A DNA stretch of 64,000 bases from Minisyncoccia bacterium (GCA_041742075.1 JBGSJJ010000004.1:35900-99899), one strand, 5' to 3'. Shown: positions 29,672 to 40,137, counted from the stretch's first letter. Notes: a model not told the origin generated them from the letters alone. A program made the numbers and translations.

Positions 29672-30049
29672 TTAGCTGGCTAAGTCACCCTCCTCTTCAC
29701 GGTGCAGAATACAAGTGCGAGCCGCTGGGTTGGCGTCTAAACGCTCAGGTTCAATTGCTTCCCCACTATGCTCACATACACCATACGTCCCGGCTTCAAT
29801 TTTAGCGAGTGCTCTGTGGATGTTGTTGTAACGGGTTTCGAGGTCTACCACTAAAGCCGTCCTTGTACCTAAGTCTTCGTACTTATCAGCGAGCACATTT
29901 TCGTCAGCGTCGGCTTCACTGGTATCTTCAGCAACAGCAATCCAGTCAGCTGGAACGTCAGGGTTTTGAATGCCCAGTGAACGTAGTTCAGCCTCAACTA
30001 TAATACGTTCAGCTTCTAATTTTTCTTTATACTCGTGTGTGGTTGTCAT
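29672..30049 (-). CDS. DksA/TraR family protein
   Basis: ALAKIEAGTYGVC, ERLDANPAARTC. Confidence 0.88.
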   Translation of the reverse strand: MTTTHEYKEKLEAERIIVEAELRSLGIQNPDVPADWIAVAEDTSEADADENVLADKYEDLGTRTALVVDLETRYNNIHRALAKIEAGTYGVCEHSGEAIEPERLDANPAARTCILHREEEGDLAS

Positions 30050-30077
30050 ATAGGTAAGTATACCCTAGAGAAATACT

Positions 30078-31973
30078 CTAGCGAACGAGTGGTACAAGTT
30101 TTTCGATAGAGCCACTGCCGGTAGAAATGAGTACAGTATTTTGGTTTACAAATACATACACGATTCTTTCGACACCAAATTCATCATAGAGAATTCGCGC
30201 ACTTCGATTGGCTATGATGGCATCGGTAAAGAATAATGATTTAATGCTACTTTCAGTGCGCGCATTTGGATCAAGGGTGTTTGTAACGGGTGCCCCAAAG
30301 AGTGGAGCTAAGTCAGCACTCATGAATTCTTCCCAGGCCAGCATGCCGGCAAAGGTAGTGTCAAACTCCACTCCCTTCAAAATAATAAACGGTTGCTTAT
30401 TTCCATCCCCACCAAAGGTGAAGTCAGTAATTGAACGGACTAGTGAACCATTGAGTTTAGGGTTAAACACTTCAAGGATAATCTGTGCACCGGCCGGCTC
30501 CTCACGACCACTTTGGCCGAGGGCAGTTGGATAGATCTGGACAGGATCAGTTTCGTTTGTAATCGTGTCAAGAACAGCACCTAGGAGTTCAATCCGGTCT
30601 TGGGTGAGCATGACGGGAATCTGTTTAGTAACGGCAATCAGTGCCGGTGGCTGGGCAATGGTAATTGTGTAGTTTGGCTCTATGGTGCTCCCAAGTAACT
30701 TAAAGCTTACAAACACGCCAAGCGCGAGCGCGCCAATTATAATCAGGATGGTGAGGGTGAGTGTATTGGTGTTGGCATTTTTAGCAACTTCAATACCATT
30801 CTTAATCTCAAACCGTCTAATTTTTGGTATTAGTGTAATTTGCTTAGTGTCAGTAATTTTACGAGGAGCCTCGATTTGAGCTATGGGCATGGTCGACGGA
30901 GGAACTGGTACGGCCACTTCCACCAAAGGTTCAACTGGTGCAGAAACAGGCTCGGCTATTTCTTCTGAGACAGGGACTGTCGAAACTACTGCTTCTGGTA
31001 GTGGCGCAGTTTCACTGACGGAGTCTAGTGACTCGTCACTGAAATAGATCTCCTCCCCGCTTTGTTCAGTGTACGGTACTTGAGCGGGTATTGATTCTGG
31101 TCTAAATGGAGTTTCCCAGATGTAGGGTTCGGTATCCGCTGTCTCCACCACTGGCGGTTCAGGTAAAGTTGGTTCTACTACTTGAGGCAACGGTTCATTT
31201 TGAATAACGTGTGTCCAGCCAGAAGTATCTTCAGGTGAGTCGGTTTCTTCAACTCGATTTGTCAGAGTTTCAGTTTTAGCTTGTTTAAGTGTACTTTCCT
31301 GCTCACGTAGTTTGTGAGCAGCGAGCAGTGCAGCAAAATCATTTTTTGGCGCTTGGGCAGTTTCTGTAACTGCTTTTTGGATGACCTCATTTCTGCTCGC
31401 TGGTTTTTCTACAGGTGAGACTTCAGCTGTGACTGGTTTTACTGACTGACGGGAAAACCAGGTGTGTAGTGAATTAAAGATTGCAGTAAAAAAACCTTTT
31501 CGTGATCGCTTCTTGTCTTGAATAATAGTACCTGAGGGTAAGTCGTCATGACTGGTATCGTAGACAGTTTCGACGTCAGACAAAAGTGAGGTCTTTTTAG
31601 ATCGAGCACTCAAGGCCTGGATTTCATTTTTGAGCGACTCCTCGTGTTCGTTTACAAATGGTCGAGGTTCATCCTCGCTAGTAGTTACATCAGGCAGTGG
31701 TTCGCTCGGGCGAGTGTCGGTTGGCGGAGTATGTTCCACATGAGTCTCGCGCTCTAAAAATGATAACGCGTCTTTTCTTTCTTCACGGACAGTTTCTAAC
31801 ACCACCCTTGGTGCAGGAGGGATTTTTGTTTTTAAAGCGACTACGGGAGGTACTTCCTTTGGTGCTTCAGCTACTGGTTGTGGAGTGACCGCTGGCTGGC
31901 TTCGGGAATGTTCAACATCGTCCGCAAAGGTAATGACGGGACTTATGTTGTGTTGTTTTTTTGCGTCAGACAT
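30078..31973 (-). CDS. Hypothetical single-pass membrane protein with long disordered N-terminus
   Basis: Pro/Glu-rich N-region, one TM, globular C-terminus with FAGMLAWE. Confidence 0.7.
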   Translation of the reverse strand: MSDAKKQHNISPVITFADDVEHSRSQPAVTPQPVAEAPKEVPPVVALKTKIPPAPRVVLETVREERKDALSFLERETHVEHTPPTDTRPSEPLPDVTTSEDEPRPFVNEHEESLKNEIQALSARSKKTSLLSDVETVYDTSHDDLPSGTIIQDKKRSRKGFFTAIFNSLHTWFSRQSVKPVTAEVSPVEKPASRNEVIQKAVTETAQAPKNDFAALLAAHKLREQESTLKQAKTETLTNRVEETDSPEDTSGWTHVIQNEPLPQVVEPTLPEPPVVETADTEPYIWETPFRPESIPAQVPYTEQSGEEIYFSDESLDSVSETAPLPEAVVSTVPVSEEIAEPVSAPVEPLVEVAVPVPPSTMPIAQIEAPRKITDTKQITLIPKIRRFEIKNGIEVAKNANTNTLTLTILIIIGALALGVFVSFKLLGSTIEPNYTITIAQPPALIAVTKQIPVMLTQDRIELLGAVLDTITNETDPVQIYPTALGQSGREEPAGAQIILEVFNPKLNGSLVRSITDFTFGGDGNKQPFIILKGVEFDTTFAGMLAWEEFMSADLAPLFGAPVTNTLDPNARTESSIKSLFFTDAIIANRSARILYDEFGVERIVYVFVNQNTVLISTGSGSIEKLVPLVR

Positions 31974-32062
31974 ACGCTAAGTATCTCATGCTTTTGAGGT
32001 GAAAATTTCGCCTCATACACAGGTAATAACCCGGTGCCCAAGCTGGCACCTTTTATACGCGG

Positions 32063-34168
32063 CTATTTTTCAGTGAGAAAGGCTGGTTCAGCTTGCTTGA
32101 TTGATAGGCCGATCTTTCCGTTTTCTACTTTCGAAATTACCACAGGTACTACCTGCCCTTCAGTTAGATAATCCTTGACGCTGACTACGCGAAACGTAGC
32201 CATCTCCGAAACGTGGATAAGCCCTTCGTTATAGTTGTCGAGTTTGGCAAAGGCGCCGAAGTCGGCGAGTCGTGTAATTGTGGCAGTTAGTTTTTCACCT
32301 ACGCTATAGACTTTCGTGAGAGCAGAAATACGGTCAGCAGCCAGACGTGCCGTTCCATTTTTTCCGGTAATAAACACCGTACCGTCGTCTTCAATAGTAA
32401 TTTCGTCTACCCCGGTGGCGTCCTTAATACCGTTAATAGTTTTACCTCCACTTCCAATCACGAGACCAATTTGTTCCGGCAAGATAGTGAGTGAAACAAT
32501 CTCTGGCGCTCGTGGGGAAATGTTTGGTCGAGGGGTTTGTATTTCAGCAGTGAGCACTTCTAAAATTGCGAGTCGAGCCACGCGAGCTTTTTCAAGCGCA
32601 CCTTCGAGTATCTCGAGACTAATCCCCCCTACCTTTACGTCCATCTGAATCGCCGTCACCCCTTCGGTTGTCCCCGCTACTTTAAAGTCCATGTCGCCAT
32701 GTTCGTCTTCGGGTCCTTGGATGTCAGTTAAGAGTACGTACGACTCACCTCTCGTCATAACACCGGAAGCAATGCCAGCCACTGGCCTAAGGAGTGGCAC
32801 ACCGCCATCCATGAGAGCGAGCGTGGAACCACACACTGCACCCATCGAGCTCGAACCGTTGCTCGAAAGTGTTTCAGATACTAAACGTATCGTGTAGGGA
32901 AATACACTGGTCGGCGGAATAAGTGGTAGGAGGGCTTTTTCAGCCAGTGCTCCGTGACCGATGGCGCGTCGATTGAAACCACCGACTCGTCCTGCTTCAC
33001 CAACAGAGAACGGTGGGAAGTTGTAGTGATGAAGGTAGCGTTTTTTAACGTCACTGGTTTCGATAGTGTCGACCACTTGAGCTGCTTCGGGTCCACCTAA
33101 GGTGAGAGCAGTAAAAATATGTGTTTCCCCTCGATAAAAAATACCAGAACCATGTAACACTGGTGAGACACCGCCAGCCTGAGCAAAGAGTGGGCGAATC
33201 TCGTCCATCTGGCGTCCGTCGGCCCGGACTCCCCGCTCGATTGCTCCCTTGTGTAGTTCCACGTCAACCTGCTCTTCAAAGTAAAACTCAAGTTGGGTTG
33301 AACCACATTCAATTTCAGCAGTCTTTACAGCTGAGATAAATTCGTCTTTAAGGGTATAGAGGTGAGCTTTACCAGTTTCTCCCGAAAAAAGAGTTGCAAT
33401 CAGTTTTGTACGCCAGCCATCTTCAAAAAATGCTACGACTGATTCTGGTATTTCGGGAAGACTGAGAGCTCGCTTTGGTTTACCAATTGTGGCGACGATT
33501 TGGCTTTGGAAAGTTTCAAGTAAGGCGTGTACCTGGGTACTTGCTTCCAGCACTGCCAGTATGTCACTTTCTTTAACTTCGTACGCGGCCGTTTCAATCA
33601 TGTTGATCTTGCCATGGTTGCCACAGGCGAGAACCTCAAACGTGAGCTTACCTTCCTCCCGGTCAACGTAGTTTGGGTTGATGATGATTTCTCCTGTGTC
33701 ACGTGTTTTACCAATCCGCACTGCTCCAATTGGACCAGCCCAGGGAATGTCTGAAACACTGAGCGCGAGCGAAGCACCGATGACACCAAGTACGTCGGGG
33801 TCTTCGGCACCGAGCGCAAGTACCGATACCACAATCTGAATGTCATGACGGATACGATGGTCAAACAATGCTCGTATCGTTCGGTCAATGATTCGTGCCG
33901 ATAGGATTGCCTCATCACTTGGCTTTCCTTCACGTCGTACAAACCGACTTCCTAAGATAGCACCGGCAGCGTAGAACTTCTCTTCAAACTCAACTGAAAG
34001 TGGAAAATAGGGCGCACTGTTTTCTCGTTTATTCATAACGGCTGTGACGAGTATGGCAGTCTCACCCATTCTCATGAGGACAGAACCATTTGCTTGTGAG
34101 GCGAGGTCAGTAAAATCTGCTGTAATTGTTTTTCCGCCAATGGTCACTGCAAACGATTGTTTTTTCAT
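32063..34168 (-). CDS. pnp: Polyribonucleotide nucleotidyltransferase
   Basis: RREGKPS, HHYNFPPFSVGE, SSNGSSSM, GDMDFKVAGT, KH and S1 domains. Confidence 0.98.
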   Translation of the reverse strand: MKKQSFAVTIGGKTITADFTDLASQANGSVLMRMGETAILVTAVMNKRENSAPYFPLSVEFEEKFYAAGAILGSRFVRREGKPSDEAILSARIIDRTIRALFDHRIRHDIQIVVSVLALGAEDPDVLGVIGASLALSVSDIPWAGPIGAVRIGKTRDTGEIIINPNYVDREEGKLTFEVLACGNHGKINMIETAAYEVKESDILAVLEASTQVHALLETFQSQIVATIGKPKRALSLPEIPESVVAFFEDGWRTKLIATLFSGETGKAHLYTLKDEFISAVKTAEIECGSTQLEFYFEEQVDVELHKGAIERGVRADGRQMDEIRPLFAQAGGVSPVLHGSGIFYRGETHIFTALTLGGPEAAQVVDTIETSDVKKRYLHHYNFPPFSVGEAGRVGGFNRRAIGHGALAEKALLPLIPPTSVFPYTIRLVSETLSSNGSSSMGAVCGSTLALMDGGVPLLRPVAGIASGVMTRGESYVLLTDIQGPEDEHGDMDFKVAGTTEGVTAIQMDVKVGGISLEILEGALEKARVARLAILEVLTAEIQTPRPNISPRAPEIVSLTILPEQIGLVIGSGGKTINGIKDATGVDEITIEDDGTVFITGKNGTARLAADRISALTKVYSVGEKLTATITRLADFGAFAKLDNYNEGLIHVSEMATFRVVSVKDYLTEGQVVPVVISKVENGKIGLSIKQAEPAFLTEK

Positions 34169-34263
34169 GCATTCTTAAGGTTGAGCTCTACTGGTTTTTA
34201 AACTCATCACTAATGAGGTCTACGTACCGGTGAGAGTTTCTGAATAATACTAGTGAGCATAAC

Positions 34264-34309
34264 AAAAAATATGCCCAGGTGCACATGTGTGCACCTGGGC
34301 ATATTTTTT
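34264..34309. terminator. Palindromic terminator
   Basis: aaaaaatatgcccaggtgcaca-tg-tgtgcacctgggcatatttttt. Confidence 0.7.
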
Positions 34310-34895
34310 AACGAGGTGGTTTATTTTTAATCACTTGCTGAATCTGTTTTTTAAGTGGTGACGGGCGCTTGTTGTTTCGCTTGTTACCCCTGAAGCCAAT
34401 CAGATACGTGTTTGGATCTTCGTCCATGTCAATGAAGTCATCAACTACTTCTCTGAAGCGAGAAGAAGCTGAACGACCAAAAGTAATTCCCTCGACTTGG
34501 CACCCCTGACTTTTTACATACTCAACGAGTGGAATAAAGTCACCGTCACCGGTTACGAGTACGATAGCGTCTACCTTCTTTGAGAGCTTGATAGCGTCGA
34601 CGGCCATTCCCACGTCCCAGTCAGCTTTTTTAGCACCGCCGTAAAAAATCTGCAAGTCTTTAGTTTTTATTTCGATGCCAATTTTTTCCAAAGCTTCAAA
34701 GAATGGTTGCTCTTCACCACTTTCAGTATTGACCACATAGGATGTGGCGCGCACTAGCTTCCGTCCACCAACCGCCGCTTTGAGGACGGCAGCAAAGTTT
34801 ACTTTGCATTGGTAGAGGTTTTTTGCACTGTGGTATAAGTTTTGAGTATCAATAATAATTGCGACCCGTTGTTCTGGTTGTCTAATTGATGACAT
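34308..34895 (-). CDS. NYN domain (LabA/DUF88) protein
   Basis: IIIDTQNL, KADWDVGMAVD, LVTGDGDFIPLV. Confidence 0.92.
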   Translation of the reverse strand: MSSIRQPEQRVAIIIDTQNLYHSAKNLYQCKVNFAAVLKAAVGGRKLVRATSYVVNTESGEEQPFFEALEKIGIEIKTKDLQIFYGGAKKADWDVGMAVDAIKLSKKVDAIVLVTGDGDFIPLVEYVKSQGCQVEGITFGRSASSRFREVVDDFIDMDEDPNTYLIGFRGNKRNNKRPSPLKKQIQQVIKNKPPR

Positions 34896-35014
34896 ATATA
34901 TGTAGGTTAGTGCTGACTTAAAACGTCAGTCAAAATATTAAAATGCTTCGCCTAAACTAGTATACGCCTAACAAAAAAGATGTTCCACTAAGGTAACATC
35001 TTTTTTGAAACGAA

Positions 35015-35281
35015 TTATCGTTTGAGGCCAAGTTGCGCCACGAGCTTTTCGTACGCTTTGAGGTCTTTACGCTCAAGGTACTTCAAGTGTTTGCGACGGT
35101 CAGCTACCATTTGGAGAAGTCCACGACGTGAGTGAAAATCTTTTTGGTGCTTTTTAAGATGTTTTGCTAAGTCTTCAATCTGGCGAGTCAAAAGTGACAC
35201 CTGTACTTCTGGTGAACCAGAATCAGTATCATGTCGCTTGGCCGGTTTGATAGCGTTAGCTTTTTTTTGTTTTGTTAGCAT
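35015..35281 (-). CDS. rpsO: 30S ribosomal protein S15
   Basis: DSGSPEVQV, KDFHSRRGLL. Confidence 0.98.
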   Translation of the reverse strand: MLTKQKKANAIKPAKRHDTDSGSPEVQVSLLTRQIEDLAKHLKKHQKDFHSRRGLLQMVADRRKHLKYLERKDLKAYEKLVAQLGLKR

Positions 35282-35599
35282 AGTTGCAAGCGTTTAATGT
35301 GTAGTGTGTGTGGGTAGATAGGCCCAGTACAGCTCTACGTGTTAACCTGCGAAGGTTGACCACACTATAGCATAGAAATTAACATTTTGCAAGTTACACC
35401 GTATCTTTCCCGTTTGTAAAGGGACACGCCATTTTAAGTAAAATCCAAAGCCGAAATGTGTGGTGTATCCCTTTCCTTCCTTTGTTCGGTCATGGAACAC
35501 GTTCACTGTGTTCCGCGACACTCACCCGCTTGGTAGTCAAAAAAAGAGACCGGTCTAAAAAGCTTAATTTGCTATACTTACTAAGACGTATACATATAT

Positions 35600-36514
35600 A
35601 TGACTCTTACACAGCTCAAGCGACAATTCATGGAATACCTCGAGATTGAGCGGGGTCGAAGTGTCAAAACGGTTGAAAATTATGATCGCTACCTCACTCG
35701 TTTTTTTGCCTACGCCAAAACCGATGACCCGGCCAAGATTACTGAAGATATTGTTCGTGAGTTTAGAATGTATCTCAACCGTCAACCTGGCACGAAGGTC
35801 GGTGGACGGATGGACCCGATGAAGCGTCGGACTCAAAACTACTATTTGATTGCACTCCGGGCTTTTTTGAAGTATGTCCGCAAGCGTGGCGTTACCTCCC
35901 TCTCACCTGAGGTGATTGAGCTTGCGAAAGTGCCAGAGCGTTCGCTTGATTTGATTTCTCCAAATGAGCTCGATCGGCTTATGAAGGCACCAGCGAGTGA
36001 TACGCCCCAAGGACTCCGTGACCGAGCAATTTTAGAACTCCTATTTTCTACTGGCTTACGTATCTCTGAACTTTGTGCTCTTTCTATTGACGATGTTGAC
36101 TTAACGCGCGATGAATTTTCCGTCCGTGGTAAAGGAGACAAAGTCCGGGTGGTCTTTCTCTCTGACTCGGCTAAACACGCCATCAGCACTTACCTAAAGA
36201 AAAGAAAAGATTTAGACGACGCACTGTTTGTGCAGTATGGTAGAAAGGCACATGCCGCTAAAGACTTGCGACTCTCACCAAGAGCAGTACAGCGAGTACT
36301 AAAAACCTATGCTACTAAAGCTGGTATCACGAGAAAAGTCTCACCACACGTTATTCGTCATAGTTTTGCCACTGACTTACTCAGTAACGGAGCCGACTTG
36401 CGTTCGGTGCAAGCCCTCTTAGGTCATGCCAACATTGGTACCACCCAAATCTATACCCACGTTACCGACAAACATTTAAGAGACGTGCATAAAAAGTTTC
36501 ATAGTCGAAAATAG
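35600..36514 (+). CDS. Tyrosine recombinase, XerC/XerD family
   Basis: RDRAILELLFSTGLRISEL, GKG, HVIRHSFAT, LGHANIGTTQIY. Confidence 0.93.
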   Translation: MTLTQLKRQFMEYLEIERGRSVKTVENYDRYLTRFFAYAKTDDPAKITEDIVREFRMYLNRQPGTKVGGRMDPMKRRTQNYYLIALRAFLKYVRKRGVTSLSPEVIELAKVPERSLDLISPNELDRLMKAPASDTPQGLRDRAILELLFSTGLRISELCALSIDDVDLTRDEFSVRGKGDKVRVVFLSDSAKHAISTYLKKRKDLDDALFVQYGRKAHAAKDLRLSPRAVQRVLKTYATKAGITRKVSPHVIRHSFATDLLSNGADLRSVQALLGHANIGTTQIYTHVTDKHLRDVHKKFHSRK

Positions 36515-36625
36515 AAAGAAGATTTTTGCTAGATAGTTTGACCACACTGTTTGCATACTACTTACAGATACGTATACTCTAACGTAGTTTCGTCATAGAA
36601 CACACAAGCAGAAAGGGTGCTTCGC

Positions 36626-37126
36626 ATGCCATACGTTTACCGGTTGTGGATCTTTGTTTCGATTTTCTTCTTGGCAATGCCAACTTTAGCTTTCGAGGAT
36701 TGCCGGGAATCAGGAAACAGTGATGTGTGCATATTGCTTGCAAGTGATAGTGAGTCACAGGAAAGACCGGTTCCTTTACTAGAGAGACATACGTTTCGTA
36801 CGGCATTTAACGATTCGGGTTATGAGCTTGCGGCTTTTATGTTATGCAACGCTCCCGGCAGACTCTCGTGTGAAGTAGCAGAAGTACAACTCTCACAGCG
36901 GTTTGATTCGGAACCCTGTCGACAGCTTTACTTTGTAGCACTTGTAAATGGGCACGGATATCAAGAACCAATTCTTGCTTACTTCCATGCGATTGAGTTT
37001 GCAATGAAGGGAAGTTTTGGCAATCTACTGCCCGTTCGCACAAGTATGCCCGATACCGAAACAGGTCTTGTACCTTGCTTTAACACAGCATATGCCATAT
37101 TACAGCGTTGGCCTACCAGTAAGTAA
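36626..37126 (+). CDS. Secreted Cys-containing orphan protein
   Basis: SD gaaaggg, signal peptide, 6 Cys, downstream terminator. Confidence 0.65.
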   Translation: MPYVYRLWIFVSIFFLAMPTLAFEDCRESGNSDVCILLASDSESQERPVPLLERHTFRTAFNDSGYELAAFMLCNAPGRLSCEVAEVQLSQRFDSEPCRQLYFVALVNGHGYQEPILAYFHAIEFAMKGSFGNLLPVRTSMPDTETGLVPCFNTAYAILQRWPTSK

Positions 37127-37239
37127 GTAAAACAGGCGCATAAAGCGCCTGTATTTTAATAGTAAATTCAAGATAAATGATTCAAGAGAAGGCAGAAAAA
37201 ACAGTTTTCAAAGCCGGTAAAAATAAAGTCGGGCGCAAG

Positions 37240-37434
37240 CTATCGCTTGCGCCCGTTTCCCTGTGATGGCTTACTCCAGCGAGTCTGGTGATAGTACAAG
37301 ACCGAGCAGTAGAACTTATCGGGAGGCTTCTGGCCAGTGACTCGAACCGAAAAATTGGTACCCTCAGTCCGGCATTTTCTATTTGCACAGTGTTTCGTCA
37401 GTTGTGTATGCGCTACCGGTTGAGTGTTTTCCAT
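37240..37434 (-). CDS. Small orphan protein with CxxxxC..YCS (possible Zn-binding)
   Basis: SD agaggg before MENTQ. Confidence 0.45.
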   Translation of the reverse strand: MENTQPVAHTQLTKHCANRKCRTEGTNFSVRVTGQKPPDKFYCSVLYYHQTRWSKPSQGNGRKR

Positions 37435-37689
37435 TGATACCCTCTTTCTGAACCAATTGTTACTTTCGCAAATTTTCATGAGCTGGTCAAGCTACGCCGT
37501 AACTAGACTGCCGACTCTTGCGTACCAACATTCTCGGTGTATAGTCAGAAGTAGTACTATGCTCGTTCTTTGAAAGAACGACGACGCCTCACTCGTTGCT
37601 TGCCTTACTGTCCATAATAAAAAACGCTCTGGAAACGCTCCTTTTTAGTCTCACTGACAGACATGTCACACACCAAAAAGGAGAACTAC

Positions 37690-38343
37690 ATGATACGTTT
37701 CTATTTGACACTTGGTCTGCTTCTTTGTGCTGGTTTAGGACAAGCACTCGAAACAACAATGACGGCGCAGTCTGTCCGTGAACTTTTGACAGACAGTGGT
37801 TGCTCGGCAAAAATTCCCATCAAGTCTAAACCGGAAACATTATCGGCTAAACAAAGTGACCAGCTAGCTCAGATTGAAGCAAACGCTCGCTCCTTGTTAG
37901 GAGGATACAATGCTCGAGTTGATGTGGTGGGTATGGAGTGCGGATTTGAAGGACTACCGTTTGCGGTTGGTCACATAGTTACACCACTTAAATGTGAGCC
38001 ATTTATAAGGGCATGCAATGTTAGCTTAGAACCGCATGTAATTGTGTATGTGGCGCTTAAGTTTTTAGAGCGAGACGACCCTAGTCTGATTGATTGGGCT
38101 AGTCAGCATGTGTATTGTGCGGTGATGCGAAGCAGTGAATTTTCAAACAATACCTACATTCCCAAACTTGAAGAAGTTGAAGCCTGTGTCAGCTATAAGC
38201 TTGGTCGAGATGTTGACATGCATGCTTACTATTACCTCAGGTACTTAGAGCCAGACATAACGGGTGAGGCGATGATAGCGGCGCATCGTTTGTACAGCGA
38301 AATAATAAAAAGCAGTCTCGATGCCTACCCTGTACCCTGGTGA
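37690..38343 (+). CDS. Secreted Cys-containing orphan protein
   Basis: SD aaggag, signal peptide MIRFYLTLGLLLCAGLGQA; terminator near 38368-38404. Confidence 0.65.
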   Translation: MIRFYLTLGLLLCAGLGQALETTMTAQSVRELLTDSGCSAKIPIKSKPETLSAKQSDQLAQIEANARSLLGGYNARVDVVGMECGFEGLPFAVGHIVTPLKCEPFIRACNVSLEPHVIVYVALKFLERDDPSLIDWASQHVYCAVMRSSEFSNNTYIPKLEEVEACVSYKLGRDVDMHAYYYLRYLEPDITGEAMIAAHRLYSEIIKSSLDAYPVPW

Positions 38344-38427
38344 GTTTTTCTAAAAAGGTAATGTAGACAAAAAACGACCGACCCAGAAGAGGTCGGTCGT
38401 ATTTTATTTCATGCAGTAAGCCTTTGG

Positions 38428-38847
38428 TTAGTCTGCTGAGTAACAACCGACGAGTGTGACACTCTCGGCTACGGTAGTAGATGCACCATTTCTGATTTGA
38501 AGCATTCGTGATGAGCCGACTTCAGACTCAACACACGATACCATCTTGTTAGTGATTTTAAGCTCAGTCTCTTCGATACCGAGAGTAATAAGTGCTTGCT
38601 GTTGTAGTTCTGGTAGTCGAGCAGTCTCGATAGTAAAGGCTACCTCGTCGGCGTCTGTGGGCGCCGTTGGTGTTGTGGTTGGAGTGGCAGAAGTCGGAGG
38701 TGTATTTGTGGGCTGGTTCTGAGAAACCCCAGATGGAGTGGTAGTGGCGGTATTGCTTAAAGTCGTATCAGCCGTCATTGTGCCTAAAAAGTAGCCAATC
38801 ACGAGCCCGACAATTCCGGCGATGACTGTTAGTACTGTAGTGTTCAT
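38428..38847 (-). CDS. Membrane-anchored Thr/Pro-linker protein
   Basis: N-terminal TM, TP-rich stalk, two-Cys C-terminal domain. Confidence 0.7.
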   Translation of the reverse strand: MNTTVLTVIAGIVGLVIGYFLGTMTADTTLSNTATTTPSGVSQNQPTNTPPTSATPTTTPTAPTDADEVAFTIETARLPELQQQALITLGIEETELKITNKMVSCVESEVGSSRMLQIRNGASTTVAESVTLVGCYSAD

Positions 38848-39070
38848 ATATTTATTTATATTAGTTAATGCGTCGGGTGTCTTGTGTTTATTGACCTTGC
38901 TCCACGTACTGAATCATGAGTAATAGACACACGAATAATTCTTACCATTACAGCCGGGAAATGGAGTTATGTATTACAAAGTAACCAATTTCTGGTGACT
39001 TGACTCGTGTGGCTACTTTTTGTACTGTCTCTAGGAGCTGGTCTAACCTTTTGAAGCAAAGGAGGTGAAC

Positions 39071-39430
39071 ATGTCTGATGCGATAACTGTTGTTGAAACT
39101 ATTATGCAAGCAACCGGCGACTTCTGTTCACTGCGTATAAAGAGATCCACTGATACGCTTGAGGTACTAACAACCAGCACGTTCACACTGAGTTTTGAAA
39201 TTGACAATACTGGCTTGTATATCCATTACCTCGAAACCTCCACTCGGCTATCTGGGTATGCCCGCACTGTTCTTGATAGTCTGATTGAGCTCGCCAGGAG
39301 TGTATCTCTGCCAATTGTGGCGGTGAATGTACAGCCAGACTACAGTTCTTTTTGGGAACACTTTTCATTTAAACCCTGCTCAGGGAAAATTGGGTATGAT
39401 GTAAACTATATCCTCGAGTTTGAGAAGTAA
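39071..39430 (+). CDS. GNAT-like orphan protein
   Basis: SD aaggaggtga; RLSGYARTVL and SFWEHFSF resemble GNAT motifs A and B. Confidence 0.55.
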   Translation: MSDAITVVETIMQATGDFCSLRIKRSTDTLEVLTTSTFTLSFEIDNTGLYIHYLETSTRLSGYARTVLDSLIELARSVSLPIVAVNVQPDYSSFWEHFSFKPCSGKIGYDVNYILEFEK

Positions 39431-39479
39431 TTTTTCAAGTAGGTACATACTGTGGTGCGCTTCCGGGCGCACCTTTTTC

Positions 39480-39797
39480 TTACGTAGCAGACAGAGTGAT
39501 TGACAGGGCGACCAGGTCAGACGGTGCTTTAAATGCACCTTGCGCACTAATATAGAAAAAGGCGTCGCCAATGACGAACTTGTGGAGTTTGAGGTTAAGG
39601 TTGTTTGCTACTGGCGTTTGCGTAAAATAATCGTCGCTCTCGGTAGTACCGAAAAACCCACCATTGCCATCGCTCGCAAAACTGACGGGCGCACTATGCG
39701 CTCCCGCAAGGTCAAAAGTGTCGAGGGTATAGAAAGCCAAACTCTCCTGCGGAGCAAAAGAGAAAATGAAAATTAAGAGTAGGGTGAGACGAAACAT
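39480..39797 (-). CDS. Short secreted protein, possibly truncated
   Basis: Signal peptide; abrupt end; immediately follows the repeat unit. Confidence 0.45.
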   Translation of the reverse strand: MFRLTLLLIFIFSFAPQESLAFYTLDTFDLAGAHSAPVSFASDGNGGFFGTTESDDYFTQTPVANNLNLKLHKFVIGDAFFYISAQGAFKAPSDLVALSITLSAT

Positions 39798-39847
39798 TGG
39801 ACGCTACTGTACTACGGATTTGAAGTGTGTCAAGTATTTGGACTCTT

Positions 39848-39963
39848 GGGGAAACGGTCACTCTCGTGGATATTTTAGTTCACTCCACTCCTAAAATATC
39901 TCACTCACTCGACCCCCACTCGTGTCGACCCAGAGGGTCCTCGACACTCGGTTCGATTCCCCG
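39848..39963. repeat. 116-bp direct repeat, copy 1 (tRNA-Ala-associated unit)
   Basis: Identical by eye to 41716-41831; ends in GGTTCGATTCCCCG, a tRNA-Ala T-arm copy. Confidence 0.92.
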
Positions 39964-40137
39964 TGAGTCGCACAACGGCAAACGACGACAACACTATCGT
40001 GTTGTCGTCGGCCGATTGTGGACTATAGGGGAAATTTACCGAACCAATTTAGGGACTATTTGATGAAGTTCTGGGTGACGTATCAGTCCTGCCCTACCCT
40101 GCAACAGATTTTATAAAAGAATAATCAAACCGAATTA

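Noticed and set aside
35600-36514. Integron integrase or island integrase
   Set aside because: Length and motifs fit housekeeping XerC/D; no IntI-specific insertion or attC array seen
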